44,277 nucleotides of DNA from a virus (taxonomy: Duplodnaviria > Caudoviricetes): positions 1-44,277 of IMG/VR virus record IMGVR_UViG_3300043344_000001; one strand, written 5' to 3'. Below are positions 23,970-34,159 of the stretch, one piece after another. Each line of letters opens with the position of its first letter. Positions within the stretch are counted from its first letter, which is position 1. Under the pieces are notes generated by a model. It saw nothing but the letters and a program-made list of their open reading frames with translations, was not told the DNA's origin and searched no databases. The position numbers and the translations under genes were made by a program.

Positions 23970-24793
23970 TACAACCCTCCGTACTTATCCGTGTAGGTGA
24001 TGGTGTACGGGATCGCCGCTCCTGTCGCGTAGACGCGAATATAGTTGTTTCCCTGATCCAGCTGGAGCCAGTTCGACTGAGGTGAAATACCGTACAGAAT
24101 CGAGCTGATCGTTCCAAGTCGATTCAGACTTGCCCCCTTGTTACCAATGACAGTGCCGATGGTAAGCACATCGCCGTTAACAAGGGGAGCCGAAAAGTCC
24201 ATGATTCGGATTGTTCCGTCCGGAGCCCTGTGATAAATCGTGAATGCTGACAGAGTACGGTTGACGTTCAGGACGAACGTGATTCCCGTCTCGACAGATC
24301 CGATGTAATCGATCAAGGTTTCCGTGGTACTCGACGTCGAGTTTCCTGTTTTGACCTCAGGCACTCGGTTGTAGAAATCGGGGTTGGGGCAAATGATCGT
24401 GACATCTACCCCAGGTTCCTTGGTGAAGATCGAGGGCTCACAAGTCTTCACGACACCCTGAATATCCACCTCGAGACCGCCCGAGTCGTAGAAACGAAGT
24501 CCGATCCATCGCTTCGACATGAAGAACTTGTACGCCCTCTGCCGAAGATCGTGAACCGTATTCGTGACGTAGTCGGACTCGAACTCGAGTGTGATCGTGA
24601 TCTCTCGATCCTCGCGGCTGGCCGAGTGATACTGCGTCCCGTCCATCTGCGCAAAACTTGAGGTCACGATCGTTGCGTTGACCGGTCCGAGTCCGCCCAC
24701 ATCTTTCAGCACGAATCCATCAGACACGTCGTCCAATGGAAGCGACAGAAGGAGGCCCTGCGCCGTTCGAACTTCGACCATCGTGAGCGTCAC
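23969..24793 (-). CDS. Distal tail protein (Dit-like)
   Basis: Directly after the tape measure; GLGP, DG..Y...R..R.I, CPNPDFY, WLQL..G.N.I motifs. Confidence 0.8.
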   Translation of the reverse strand: MTLTMVEVRTAQGLLLSLPLDDVSDGFVLKDVGGLGPVNATIVTSSFAQMDGTQYHSASREDREITITLEFESDYVTNTVHDLRQRAYKFFMSKRWIGLRFYDSGGLEVDIQGVVKTCEPSIFTKEPGVDVTIICPNPDFYNRVPEVKTGNSTSSTTETLIDYIGSVETGITFVLNVNRTLSAFTIYHRAPDGTIRIMDFSAPLVNGDVLTIGTVIGNKGASLNRLGTISSILYGISPQSNWLQLDQGNNYIRVYATGAAIPYTITYTDKYGGL

Positions 24794-27700
24794 GGAGCCA
24801 CCGCCTTCTTCGCCTTAGAGAGCTGGTTGTTTGTGTTTCGGTAAATATCTGCCGAAGACAATGCCTTCGGTGAGTTGTTGTACTGGTTGAACGTGAAGCT
24901 CTCGCCGTGACCACCGGACGTCGGTTCCGCACCATCATTTGCATTGGCTTGGAACTGACCGGAGATGTTGTGTACCGTAGTGACGGTATCCTTGATCGAA
25001 AGCGGCTTCGCTCCGAGGATGGTTCCAATCTCTCCAGCATTCTTCTTGATGTCCGTCAGATCCAGTACCGGTCGGATAACGGGATCCAGATCGATGTCGT
25101 TGCTGACAAGACTCGCCATGTTCGAAAGCGAGTCTTTGAGCGTGGTCAGTGCCTGCTCACCAACGTCTTCAGTTGCTCGAGTGACGAGATGACTGAACTT
25201 GTTGATACCCAGAGCAAAGCCCTCGTCGGTACCCATGCCGATCTTCTCGAACTCCTTGGATGGGGAGTTGATCCCAAGGAAATCCTTAGCGGCGTCCAAA
25301 GCTCTCTTGGCCGCATCTCGAGCCGCGGCAGCGATCCTGCCTTGACCGGAGAATATACCTCGTACCATTCCTTCAACAATGGCGGAGGCCAAGTTCCAAC
25401 CCGCGTCGTTCATACGACCTGAATTGCTACGGATTGCATCGGCCATGCTGTTGATGAAGGATATGATCAAGTTTACTCCAGACTGTGTGATTCTGGGCAA
25501 ACCCTTCGAGATACCATCCAGATATGCAGCGATAATCTCAAGAGCAATGGTGACTACTCGAGAGATGTTGTTCTTGATGCCTGTCAGGAATCCGATGAGA
25601 ATCTTGTAACCGGCTTCCACCATTTTTGGCGTAGCGTCCGCCATCTTTGTGAGGAGCATGTCGAGAAGCTTGAGCATCGTCGCGATGACCTTGGGCGCGG
25701 TAATATCGATCGCGTTCATGATCGCCAAGATAACCGCAGTCATCGCAGCTGCCATGGCTGGTCCGGCCGTCGCAATGACACCTGCGAAGGCGACAATCCC
25801 GAGACCAAGTTGAGTCATGACCAACGGGATCAGACCTGCAAGAGCAGCAACCATACCCACCAAGGCAGCTGTGCCGGCTACTCCAGCGATACTCAGAGCC
25901 GTGAGAGCAGCTGAGAATGCCAGCAAACCTACACCTGCAGCCAACATTCCGATACCCAGAAGAGTCACGGCGATACCGAGACCAATCAAGGTGGGAACGA
26001 CTGGGGTAAGCACTAGGCCGGCCAGACCAAGGACCACGAAGACGCCGGCAAGCATCAGAAGACCCTTGCCTATCTCTTCCCAGGACATCTGACCGAACGT
26101 CAGTAGAACTGGTGCCAGGATCGCCAGCGATGCAGCGACAACCAACAGAGCCGCTGCGCCTGGGAGTGCTGCCTCCATAAGGATCATGGATGCGACAATC
26201 AGTGTCAAAGAGCCAGCAAGAAGTACCAAACTCTTAGCGATTTGCTCCCAACTCATGGACGCCATTTCCTTGAGTGCGTCTGCAATCATCCCGAGAGATG
26301 CTGCCACTACAAGGACTGCTGCCGCCGAGAGAAGCGACGACGGGGGGATGAGGATAAGAGCTGCACTGATTAGTACCAGTGCTCCCGCCATAGTGGTTAG
26401 ACCACGAGCGATCTCCATCCAACTCAGATCTGCCATGTCTGCCACAGCGTCACTGATCAACCCAAGAGCAAACGCAACGATTGCAACACCTGCTGCCGAG
26501 AGAGGCGCAGTAGGCGGAATCAGATTCAGAGCCGCACCGACCAAAGCCAATCCGCCGGCGAGTCCAGTAAGACCCCGAGCAATCTCTACCCACGAGAGCT
26601 CCGAGAAGTCCTTCACAGCACTTGCAAGGATCTTGATCCCCGCGGCCAGAAGAACAATGCCGAGACCAGACAACAAACCTGCTTTGTCTGCCGCAGCGAA
26701 CTTGGTGAACAGAGTGAGGCCGGCAAGAAGCACACCTACTCCAACCAAGCCCTTAGCCAGCTCTTCCCAACTGAGACCGGAAAGATCTGTCACAGAGCTC
26801 ACGAGCAATTTGATTGCGGCAGCGAGGACGATCATTCCCAGACCTGTGGAAATGAGGCCTGCGGGATTTGGCATGAACTTCGCGGTCAGAACAACCGCTG
26901 CCAGTAGAACCGAAACGCCGGTCAGACCCTTAGCGAGACCGTTCCAGTCAAGGTCTGCCAGCTTCTTGACAGCCGAAGCGAGAACATCAATCGCCACGGA
27001 CAACAGGATCAGACCTGCGCCCATCGCTAGAAGCTCAGCGATGTCACTGACACCCATGAACTTCTCAAATATGGCCATGGCCGTGAACAGCTGTGTGAAC
27101 ATGACCGTGATCGCTGTCAGAGCTCGAGTGAGCCCTTCCGAATCGATTTTGGACAGGGCCACCACAGATATAGCCAGAATGCCTACTGCCGCAGCAATCT
27201 CCAAGAGAGTAGCTGCTCGCAGAGTATTCTGCATTGCTTTGAGCGTGTCGTTCAGCTGATCGAATGATTCTGTGATGCTGTCGAAGAGACCGCCGGCGCC
27301 CAAACCACCCGAGAACTTGGAGATCATGTTTCGGATGGCAAGTAGAACCGCTGCGAATGCCGTGGCATTGATGCCCGCGAACAAAGCAGTGAAGTTCACT
27401 CCACCAAGAGAATCAGCAATCCATTTGCCAAGGTTGGCAAAGAAGTCCGACATCTTAGCTGCCATGGGTCCGAAATTATGCCACACGTCAGAGAGAATAT
27501 CTGGGATCTTACTCCAGGCACTAACCAGCGCTGAACCAAGACGACCCAACGGTTCGAACTTTGCTACTAGGCCCGTAACACCCTTTGCCGCGTCCGCACC
27601 GTTAAATTTGTCGAAGAGGGATCCAATGGCGGATGCGAACATCCGAATGATCTTGATTGGTACTTCGAGAATGTCGCCGATCTTCCCGAAGAACTTCTCG

Positions 27701-29208
27701 AGACCGTCGCCTTCCTTGATCGCCTTCCGCATGGCGACGAGAAAGTCTCCGATATTTGCTGTGATGTTGAGGAAGCTACTTCCGCCCTCAGATGCGACAC
27801 CAAAGAGGCGGAAGAGAAGACTCACGCCTTCCTTGAGGATGTCCCAGCCAATGCCCAGGACCGCAAAGACGCCGGCGAAGGTTCGCTTCAACTTGTCAGC
27901 GACGCCTGCGCTGAGAGTAAGACCCTTGACGAAGTCATGGATCGTGACTGTGAGATCGAACAGCTGCTTGCCCGTGGTTGCGGGGAACATCTCGCGGAAA
28001 GCATCTTTGATCGGCTTGATGACAGATATCAATGCCCGGAAGGCGAAGGATATCGTCTCGATCAGTACTGTTCGTCCGCCAAGTTCTTTCCAGTCAGCCA
28101 AGACTTTGTTACGAGTATCGGCGGAGGTAGATATGAACGTACCGAGAACGTTGTTGACACTGGTGAACAGATCTTTGGCTTCGTCGAAGTCGCCAAAGAT
28201 AAGCGCCCATGTTTCGGCCCAACCAGAACCTGCAGCCTCCTGCAGAGTATTGATGAGCTGAGACATGGTCTTGATCTTGGTAGCTGCGTCCTTGGCAGTT
28301 GCAGCCATCTGCAGAATGCCTTGGATCTGCTTGTCGTTGTAGCCCATGGTCTTGAGTTGGGCTGCATTCAGATCACCGGTGAACTTGCTGAGGGTCTCAG
28401 TCAGAATCTGACCAGTGAGCCAGCCATCCTGCAGGCTGAGTCGGAAGCTCCCAGCATCCTTGACCATCTTGTCAATGGCCACACCGTGGATCCGTGCGGT
28501 CTCCATGAGCGAGTCTTGGAAGACCTTACCACCCATGCCAGCGTTGACGACCGAGTTCCAGTCCTCGAGCGTGACCTTACCCGCAGATATAGCCTGCGAG
28601 AGCTGGTACATCGCCGTTGACGCCTGTTGTGCACTCGAGCCAGAAACAGCAGCGAGGTTTGCAATGCCCTTGATCGCTTGAGTTGCAACATCAAGCGTTA
28701 CGCCGGCCGCGGTGAACGTGCCGATGTTTTTAGCCATCTCCGAGAAGTTGAAGATGGTTTGGTCCGAGTATGTGTTCAGAACGCCAAGTGCAGTGGTGAC
28801 CTTGGCGAGACCTGCTTCACCGGTAAGACCTGTGTTCGCGAGAATCGTCTGAATGGAGTTCAGATTTGTTTCGTACTCAGCAAGACCACTCTTGACCGGA
28901 TCCACGGTCAAAGACTTGACCAACTGACCACCAGTGACAAGTGCCTGGTGTGCAATCGTAGTCAGTGCCGTGATGCCGATGATAGACATCGCTTTGAATT
29001 TATCAGCGATGCCCTGAACGCCGGACGCGAGGTGATCAAGCGAAACACTCTTGCTTGCTGCACCGAGATCGGTCAGGCCCTTTGTGGCTCCCGTAAGAGC
29101 AAGACCCTTGTTGAGGGCCTCAAGCGAACGAAGCGTTTGTTGGATGCCTGCTTCGAATGCTTTGTTGTCGAAAGTTAGCTTGACAACTTTGTCTTCGATA
29201 CTGCTCAT
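24790..29208 (-). CDS. Tape measure protein
   Basis: 1472 aa, Ala/Leu/Gly-rich helical repeats with periodic W; ATG 29208 overlaps the upstream TGA. Confidence 0.95.
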   Translation of the reverse strand: MSSIEDKVVKLTFDNKAFEAGIQQTLRSLEALNKGLALTGATKGLTDLGAASKSVSLDHLASGVQGIADKFKAMSIIGITALTTIAHQALVTGGQLVKSLTVDPVKSGLAEYETNLNSIQTILANTGLTGEAGLAKVTTALGVLNTYSDQTIFNFSEMAKNIGTFTAAGVTLDVATQAIKGIANLAAVSGSSAQQASTAMYQLSQAISAGKVTLEDWNSVVNAGMGGKVFQDSLMETARIHGVAIDKMVKDAGSFRLSLQDGWLTGQILTETLSKFTGDLNAAQLKTMGYNDKQIQGILQMAATAKDAATKIKTMSQLINTLQEAAGSGWAETWALIFGDFDEAKDLFTSVNNVLGTFISTSADTRNKVLADWKELGGRTVLIETISFAFRALISVIKPIKDAFREMFPATTGKQLFDLTVTIHDFVKGLTLSAGVADKLKRTFAGVFAVLGIGWDILKEGVSLLFRLFGVASEGGSSFLNITANIGDFLVAMRKAIKEGDGLEKFFGKIGDILEVPIKIIRMFASAIGSLFDKFNGADAAKGVTGLVAKFEPLGRLGSALVSAWSKIPDILSDVWHNFGPMAAKMSDFFANLGKWIADSLGGVNFTALFAGINATAFAAVLLAIRNMISKFSGGLGAGGLFDSITESFDQLNDTLKAMQNTLRAATLLEIAAAVGILAISVVALSKIDSEGLTRALTAITVMFTQLFTAMAIFEKFMGVSDIAELLAMGAGLILLSVAIDVLASAVKKLADLDWNGLAKGLTGVSVLLAAVVLTAKFMPNPAGLISTGLGMIVLAAAIKLLVSSVTDLSGLSWEELAKGLVGVGVLLAGLTLFTKFAAADKAGLLSGLGIVLLAAGIKILASAVKDFSELSWVEIARGLTGLAGGLALVGAALNLIPPTAPLSAAGVAIVAFALGLISDAVADMADLSWMEIARGLTTMAGALVLISAALILIPPSSLLSAAAVLVVAASLGMIADALKEMASMSWEQIAKSLVLLAGSLTLIVASMILMEAALPGAAALLVVAASLAILAPVLLTFGQMSWEEIGKGLLMLAGVFVVLGLAGLVLTPVVPTLIGLGIAVTLLGIGMLAAGVGLLAFSAALTALSIAGVAGTAALVGMVAALAGLIPLVMTQLGLGIVAFAGVIATAGPAMAAAMTAVILAIMNAIDITAPKVIATMLKLLDMLLTKMADATPKMVEAGYKILIGFLTGIKNNISRVVTIALEIIAAYLDGISKGLPRITQSGVNLIISFINSMADAIRSNSGRMNDAGWNLASAIVEGMVRGIFSGQGRIAAAARDAAKRALDAAKDFLGINSPSKEFEKIGMGTDEGFALGINKFSHLVTRATEDVGEQALTTLKDSLSNMASLVSNDIDLDPVIRPVLDLTDIKKNAGEIGTILGAKPLSIKDTVTTVHNISGQFQANANDGAEPTSGGHGESFTFNQYNNSPKALSSADIYRNTNNQLSKAKKAVAP

Positions 29209-29582
29209 GCGGAAGTCACCGCCTTCCATACCTGATTAGCGATCTCGTCAAACATAGGTCTGATCGCGGGGTTGATGAAGTCTCTGCCTTGCACGTAACC
29301 ACCGGTCCCAGTTCCGTAGCCAAACTGCAGCATAATGGCAACTGGGAAACCGTTCTCAACATCGGAGTTCGTCCAGGTAATGGAACACGAACCTCCTTTT
29401 TTCTCCACACTGAAAGCCCAGGATTCCGCGGCCCTACTAGAATCGATAGGCGTGGCGGAAGCCAAAGCAGCTACTCCTTGTGCTCCGTTTGCATTCAGGA
29501 TAGGCGCGATGTCGAAATGCGCCATCTTGTTCAAGAACGCTTCGGTTCTCTTGAAGGAGCCACTTACCGAGACGGAGATCAC
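29205..29582 (-). CDS. HK97 gp10-like tail completion / neck protein
   Basis: ATPIDS, LQFGYGT, GRDFINPAI; GTG start after SD GAAGGGG. Confidence 0.7.
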   Translation of the reverse strand: MISVSVSGSFKRTEAFLNKMAHFDIAPILNANGAQGVAALASATPIDSSRAAESWAFSVEKKGGSCSITWTNSDVENGFPVAIMLQFGYGTGTGGYVQGRDFINPAIRPMFDEIANQVWKAVTSA

Positions 29583-29592
29583 GTCGGCCCCT

Positions 29593-30678
29593 TCATAGCT
29601 TGATGATGTACCGCACGACGATGTAGGGTTGGAGGTTGTTGTGTGCTCCGCCGCCACCAGTACTTTGGTTTACCGCGGTGACGACAGAAGGCTGAGTGGC
29701 TCGGAATCCGTAGAAAGCTGGTGTGTTTCCAACCACATAAAGCACGCCGGAAGGACCATCAGTTAGTGCTCCATTACCAGCGAATTGATGCTGATGCCCA
29801 TCCTGAATATGCGTGTGTGAGGGCATCTCGGCTGTGGTGAGAAGATGTGTCTTTTCTCCGCCAGTCTTGCCCATCGCATTGAATTCAGTTTGTCCCGTAT
29901 CCAAACCTGTGGGGATTCGACCTTTTAGGTTTGGAACGTTGAAGGTAGTGGACCCGTCGCCTACCCCATACGTAGTTCCTAGGGCAGCAAACAGATTTGC
30001 ATTTGCCGTTCGACTGATGGCGCTGCCGTCACACAACTGCCAACCAGTAGGAACGCTGTTGGGGGCCCACATTTTGATCTCGCCAGTGATGCCCATAGTA
30101 ACTGGATCCGCTGGGTTTGCCAGGGACTGCCATGGCGTCCAGCCTTCTGGTGTGTGATAGGTTCGAGACCATACCTTCACCAAGACGCCGGCGCCACCTC
30201 CGGTAGACGTCAGTGTTTGATACACCCGGTTGATACCGTCGTGGTTAATGGTGACGATCGTACCGAATCCTGCGTTTACCGACCAGCCCGATCCGCTGTA
30301 AATCGACATGATCGATACGCCAGCTGGATATGAACCTGGACCTGCAGATTCCGCAGGAGGAGCGATTGTTTGGACTCTTTCACCGGGTTCAGCTTCTAGC
30401 GCGGTGACTCGAGCGAGGGACGACGCAAGACTTGCCGGCGTAACTGCTCGAGAATTATCCGTATGAGCTGCTGTTTCTGCTTCCGTGGCAAGCTCAGAAA
30501 CTCCTCGGACCGTATCAGTTGCGTCAGGAACGGCAACGAGAGCGTATCCGGCATCGATCGTATCTCCGCCATGAGTAGTAAGGATGAGGTGGCCGAGACC
30601 GTTGATTGCCCCACTTACTACTGAAGCGTCTTCGATCTCAATCATTCTCGGGGCTGTAAGCCCGGTAACGGTAGCCAC
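29593..30678 (-). CDS. Tail fibre protein with tail-collar domain
   Basis: GEIKMWA..VPTGWQLCDG..LFAALGTTYG.GDGSTTFNVPNL.GR; HNNLQPYIVV.YIIK; ATEAE..RAVTPASL fibre repeat. Confidence 0.85.
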   Translation of the reverse strand: MATVTGLTAPRMIEIEDASVVSGAINGLGHLILTTHGGDTIDAGYALVAVPDATDTVRGVSELATEAETAAHTDNSRAVTPASLASSLARVTALEAEPGERVQTIAPPAESAGPGSYPAGVSIMSIYSGSGWSVNAGFGTIVTINHDGINRVYQTLTSTGGGAGVLVKVWSRTYHTPEGWTPWQSLANPADPVTMGITGEIKMWAPNSVPTGWQLCDGSAISRTANANLFAALGTTYGVGDGSTTFNVPNLKGRIPTGLDTGQTEFNAMGKTGGEKTHLLTTAEMPSHTHIQDGHQHQFAGNGALTDGPSGVLYVVGNTPAFYGFRATQPSVVTAVNQSTGGGGAHNNLQPYIVVRYIIKL

Positions 30679-30690
30679 AAAGCCCCTTCC

Positions 30691-31410
30691 TTATAGCGAA
30701 CTGATGGTGTAGGAGTCAGCGTCGATGTAGACCGCAGACGGCCAACTGATTTGGAACGTTGTAGCGTCGAGCATCTGAATTGCGCTATCTGGCCCAATCG
30801 CAGTCCAACTACCATCACCGTGATCGATGATTCGAAGAATGGAATTGGCTTCGAAAACCTCGAAGAGCTCCTCAGGCGTTGGCAGGCGCGCACCTTCGGC
30901 CGGCGTTCCATACAGAATATCTTCGAGATCGGCTACGGTCGATGAATATGCATCTGTTGTATCAACAACTAAATGCGCACTCAGTTTTGCTTCCGGAATA
31001 ACAATCGGTTTGGTAGTAAAATCCCAAATGAAGGGGTCTGTCTCCGATTGCTTTCTGGAAATTTCCCCCCGGGGAAAATCGGCGTTATAAACCAGGTGAA
31101 TCTTGTAGCCTTCGTTGTACCTAACACGATAACTCAACCCGAAACCTTTTCGTCTGGTCTGGGTGAGAATATCGCTAAGAAGGCCTTCTGGATAGGTAAA
31201 CGCCTGGATTGACCCCGAGAAATCACTTACTCGACGACGAAGATGCGTTTTTACGCCGTCAATATATCTTGTTCGAGCTTCTTCGTTGGACGCATTCTCT
31301 TGTACAGAGATTAGACCATTCCAGGCTTCCCCGGGACCACTTTGCGGATAGAATACTCCGCGATCTAGTCCTATCTCATACGCTCGAGCATCCCAGGTCA
31401 GTCGAGTAAT
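30691..31410 (-). CDS. Tail-tube-like protein, paralog 3, with apparent ATT start
   Basis: Frame is open upstream of the listed TTG (31137) and reads ITRLTWDARAYEIGLDRGV..AWNGLISV..YIDG, aligning with the other two tube paralogs; SD AAGGAGGT precedes ATT 31410. Confidence 0.75.
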   Translation of the reverse strand: MTRLTWDARAYEIGLDRGVFYPQSGPGEAWNGLISVQENASNEEARTRYIDGVKTHLRRRVSDFSGSIQAFTYPEGLLSDILTQTRRKGFGLSYRVRYNEGYKIHLVYNADFPRGEISRKQSETDPFIWDFTTKPIVIPEAKLSAHLVVDTTDAYSSTVADLEDILYGTPAEGARLPTPEELFEVFEANSILRIIDHGDGSWTAIGPDSAIQMLDATTFQISWPSAVYIDADSYTISSL

Positions 31411-31421
31411 GACACACCTCC

Positions 31422-32060
31422 TTAACTCGAGAATATGCCGATCAATTCGTTTGGGGTCGGCAATCTGGCTGATGTACTCGCATTCCCGTAGATGATGTCC
31501 TCAACATCTGAGAGGGTATCAGCTTCAGTGTAGCGAGAATCAATGATCAGATGTGCGGTACGCTTGTAGCCCGTAATCGTGGGCGGCAAGGTAGTGATCG
31601 ACCAGCTGAAGGCCGCGGGATCCACTGATTCCGTGACCGTGTTGTGATTTCGTGCAGATGAGCCGGCCAGTGCGTTGTAGACCAGATGGATCTTGTATGC
31701 GTGATCAGAACCTTGAATGTCGTTACCGACCTTGGACCGGTATGACAACCCGAATGACTTCTTCGGTTGGTTCGTCACGAACAGACCATTCTGGATGGGT
31801 TTGACGCCTTCACAGACCCCGAACGCAGAAGGTCTGTTGAATGCGGCGATCGTTGCCTCGAATTCCTCTGCAGTTGAGAGGTTAAGGTACTTGATCCCGT
31901 CGATGTAGTACGGTTTCGGATCTCCGCCCGACGGAGACTCGGATACTGAGATTAATCCCGTCCAAGCAACGCCGGGATTGGTGTCTACGAATAGAACACC
32001 ACGATCGATGCCGGTTTCGTAGAAGCGTTCTCCAACAGCATCCCAAGAAAGTTTGGGCAC
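31422..32060 (-). CDS. Tail-tube-like protein, paralog 2
   Basis: LSWD..GERFYETGIDRGVL, FGLSYR, YKIHLVYNA, shared with the major tail protein. Confidence 0.85.
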   Translation of the reverse strand: MPKLSWDAVGERFYETGIDRGVLFVDTNPGVAWTGLISVSESPSGGDPKPYYIDGIKYLNLSTAEEFEATIAAFNRPSAFGVCEGVKPIQNGLFVTNQPKKSFGLSYRSKVGNDIQGSDHAYKIHLVYNALAGSSARNHNTVTESVDPAAFSWSITTLPPTITGYKRTAHLIIDSRYTEADTLSDVEDIIYGNASTSARLPTPNELIGIFSS

Positions 32061-32071
32061 TTATCCTCCTC

Positions 32072-32614
32072 TCAACCTCGAGTGCCGTACTGAGCCTTTC
32101 GCTGTGCATTTAGGTCTCGTTGCTGCTGAGCGATTTGTCCAGGGCTCAGTTTCTTCTGTGGAGCGTTCTTCTGATTGCAGACCTTGACCAGCGTCAGCAA
32201 TTTGTTCAGATGCCAATACTGGCACTCAAATGGGATACCCAATGAGATCATCCAGTAGTAGATCAGCTCCGCTGTGATGATCTCTCGGCTTCGTTTCGGC
32301 TTCTCCTTGTCATTGAACCAAGTCGCCGTCATCTTTGCGCCGATGTAGTTGTTGATCGTCTCGTAGTGCTTGGCCGTTAGGTTGTCGTAAAGTCCAGGAG
32401 GAACCTCCGAGGAAATTACCATGGCTTGGATATACCATAGTGTCTCCTCGGAGGTCTTTTCTCCGGAGCCAAGAAACGGTTTTTCGAATTCTGACTCCCA
32501 TTTTGACAGTGAAACTAGAGAATGCTCGAGAACCAGAGAGAATGACTCCTGAGTTACGAATTCACCCTTCAGTTCGTCAAAACCCTCTGCCAGAATCACA
32601 GGAAGGGTAAGCAT
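32072..32614 (-). CDS. Tail assembly chaperone
   Basis: Follows the major tail gene; [32 protein letters not shown]. Confidence 0.7.
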   Translation of the reverse strand: MLTLPVILAEGFDELKGEFVTQESFSLVLEHSLVSLSKWESEFEKPFLGSGEKTSEETLWYIQAMVISSEVPPGLYDNLTAKHYETINNYIGAKMTATWFNDKEKPKRSREIITAELIYYWMISLGIPFECQYWHLNKLLTLVKVCNQKNAPQKKLSPGQIAQQQRDLNAQRKAQYGTRG

Positions 32615-32632
32615 TCTCTAATCTCCTTGTCT

Positions 32633-33517
32633 TTACACGAAGGTGAACAGCCAGTCGTCGTCCGTGACGGCCGGGAACTTGTAGCCGGTAGCCGGGTGGG
32701 CCGTGACCACGGTGTTGCCGGTGATCGGGCCGTAGGCGCCGGCCGGAACGACCTCGCCGTTGACCTTGTAGACGACGCCGGTGGTGCCAGGGATGGTGAT
32801 GATGTCCGTGGTCGAGTTGTACGTCGGGACGCCCGGAGTGACCTGGGTGATGGTGCCGGCGAAGAGCGCGATCACGTCGGCCGGGAGGGGCAGAGACGGG
32901 TCGGTGCCGACCGTGCCATACAGAAGCTCCATCAGGACGTCCAGAGCGTCGGCGTCGACCTTGGTCGAGTCGATCGTCAGGATGGCCGTCGGCTTGTAGT
33001 CGACGGAAGCGATCGTTCCGACGTTGACCGGCGTGGTGGTGATCTCCCACGAGAACGTGATGGCCTCAGGCGAGTCGTTGACCGTCCCGTAGGCACGCTC
33101 CGATGGGGCCGCCTGGGCGCCGTAGACCAGGTGCAGCTTGAAGCCGAAGCTGGTGCCGTTGACGTCGTTGCCCATCAGGGTGCGGTAGCTCAGACCGAAC
33201 GCTTTGCGGCCCTGCTGACCGATCGTGATACCGACCTCGGGCGATGCGGTGCCGTCGTACTGGCCCCACTCCTCGGGGTACGTGAAGGCCTCGAGGGTGG
33301 CGCCGAAGTCCTCGGCGCTGACCAGGTTCAGGTACTTGATGTTGTCCGCGAACTGCGGGCTGGATTCCGCGCCCGACGGAGACTCGGTGACCGACACCAG
33401 ACCGTTCCAGGCCACGCCGTTGTCGTAGACGCCGTTGTTGTCGGGCATGTACAGAACGCCGTGGTCGATGCCGGTCTCGTAAACCCGTTCGCCGGTCTGA
33501 TCCCAAACCAGTTGCAT
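32633..33517 (-). CDS. Major tail (tube) protein with C-terminal Ig-like domain
   Basis: LVWDQTGER.YETG.DHGVLY, ADNIKYLNL, EAFTYP, FSWE; very high GC3 consistent with high expression. Confidence 0.9.
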   Translation of the reverse strand: MQLVWDQTGERVYETGIDHGVLYMPDNNGVYDNGVAWNGLVSVTESPSGAESSPQFADNIKYLNLVSAEDFGATLEAFTYPEEWGQYDGTASPEVGITIGQQGRKAFGLSYRTLMGNDVNGTSFGFKLHLVYGAQAAPSERAYGTVNDSPEAITFSWEITTTPVNVGTIASVDYKPTAILTIDSTKVDADALDVLMELLYGTVGTDPSLPLPADVIALFAGTITQVTPGVPTYNSTTDIITIPGTTGVVYKVNGEVVPAGAYGPITGNTVVTAHPATGYKFPAVTDDDWLFTFV

Positions 33518-33528
33518 GTGGTTGCCTT

Positions 33529-33834
33529 TCAGAAAAATAGTTCGAACACGTCGTGGTTGAGATTGTTCGCGGCGAAGTACCTGTTGTAGGTACACATCCG
33601 CAGAGCGGCGACTTTTTCCAGAACGTCGATGTCCGGATTCTGGCTAATCAAGGTCACCTGGTACCGCTGAGTGTAGCGGTACGGGTCATTGCCAGCGAAC
33701 TGAGTAATCGCGTTGTCTCGTCGGTAGACAATGCACGGATACTCCATCTGCACACTCGCCGGAGGTTGGAAATATACCTTGTCCGTACCCAAGGTAGCTT
33801 CAAGAAGTGTCTGTAGATCAAGCCGTGGGGCCAT
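33529..33834 (-). CDS. Tail terminator
   Basis: VYFQPP...YPCIVY motif; synteny. Confidence 0.75.
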   Translation of the reverse strand: MAPRLDLQTLLEATLGTDKVYFQPPASVQMEYPCIVYRRDNAITQFAGNDPYRYTQRYQVTLISQNPDIDVLEKVAALRMCTYNRYFAANNLNHDVFELFF

Positions 33835-34147
33835 TGTAGACACCTCCCAACCTCAAGAGCAGGCGGGGACTCAGTGAAGCGTCAACGTTCGACACCTTCC
33901 ACAAAGTCCCCGCCCACTTGACGTACCGAATGGCAAAGAAATGTTCGTTGGCGTATGCGTCCGCGACGATACTGATGGAACTGCTGACCGTGAGATCGTC
34001 ATTTACAAACTCTTGACTCTCACGAATCCCTCGACTATTTCGGACTACATCGCCGTAGTATGAACGTTCGACGATGGTGTCTTCCCATACTCCAGGTGAG
34101 ACTTCCACAGAAGCGCCGTAACCGACTACGTCATAGAACTTTGCCAT
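33818..34147 (-). CDS. Head-to-tail stopper
   Basis: PGVW..YYGDV, ISIVADAYA, W.G..WKV..V...PRL.L; position after the capsid gene. Confidence 0.7.
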   Translation of the reverse strand: MAKFYDVVGYGASVEVSPGVWEDTIVERSYYGDVVRNSRGIRESQEFVNDDLTVSSSISIVADAYANEHFFAIRYVKWAGTLWKVSNVDASLSPRLLLRLGGVYNGPTA

Positions 34148-34159
34148 GACGGGCGTTTG

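Noticed and set aside
32072-32614. Lambda G/GT-type frameshift in the tail assembly chaperone
   Set aside because: Single continuous ORF; no overlapping downstream frame is needed and no convincing slippery site was seen
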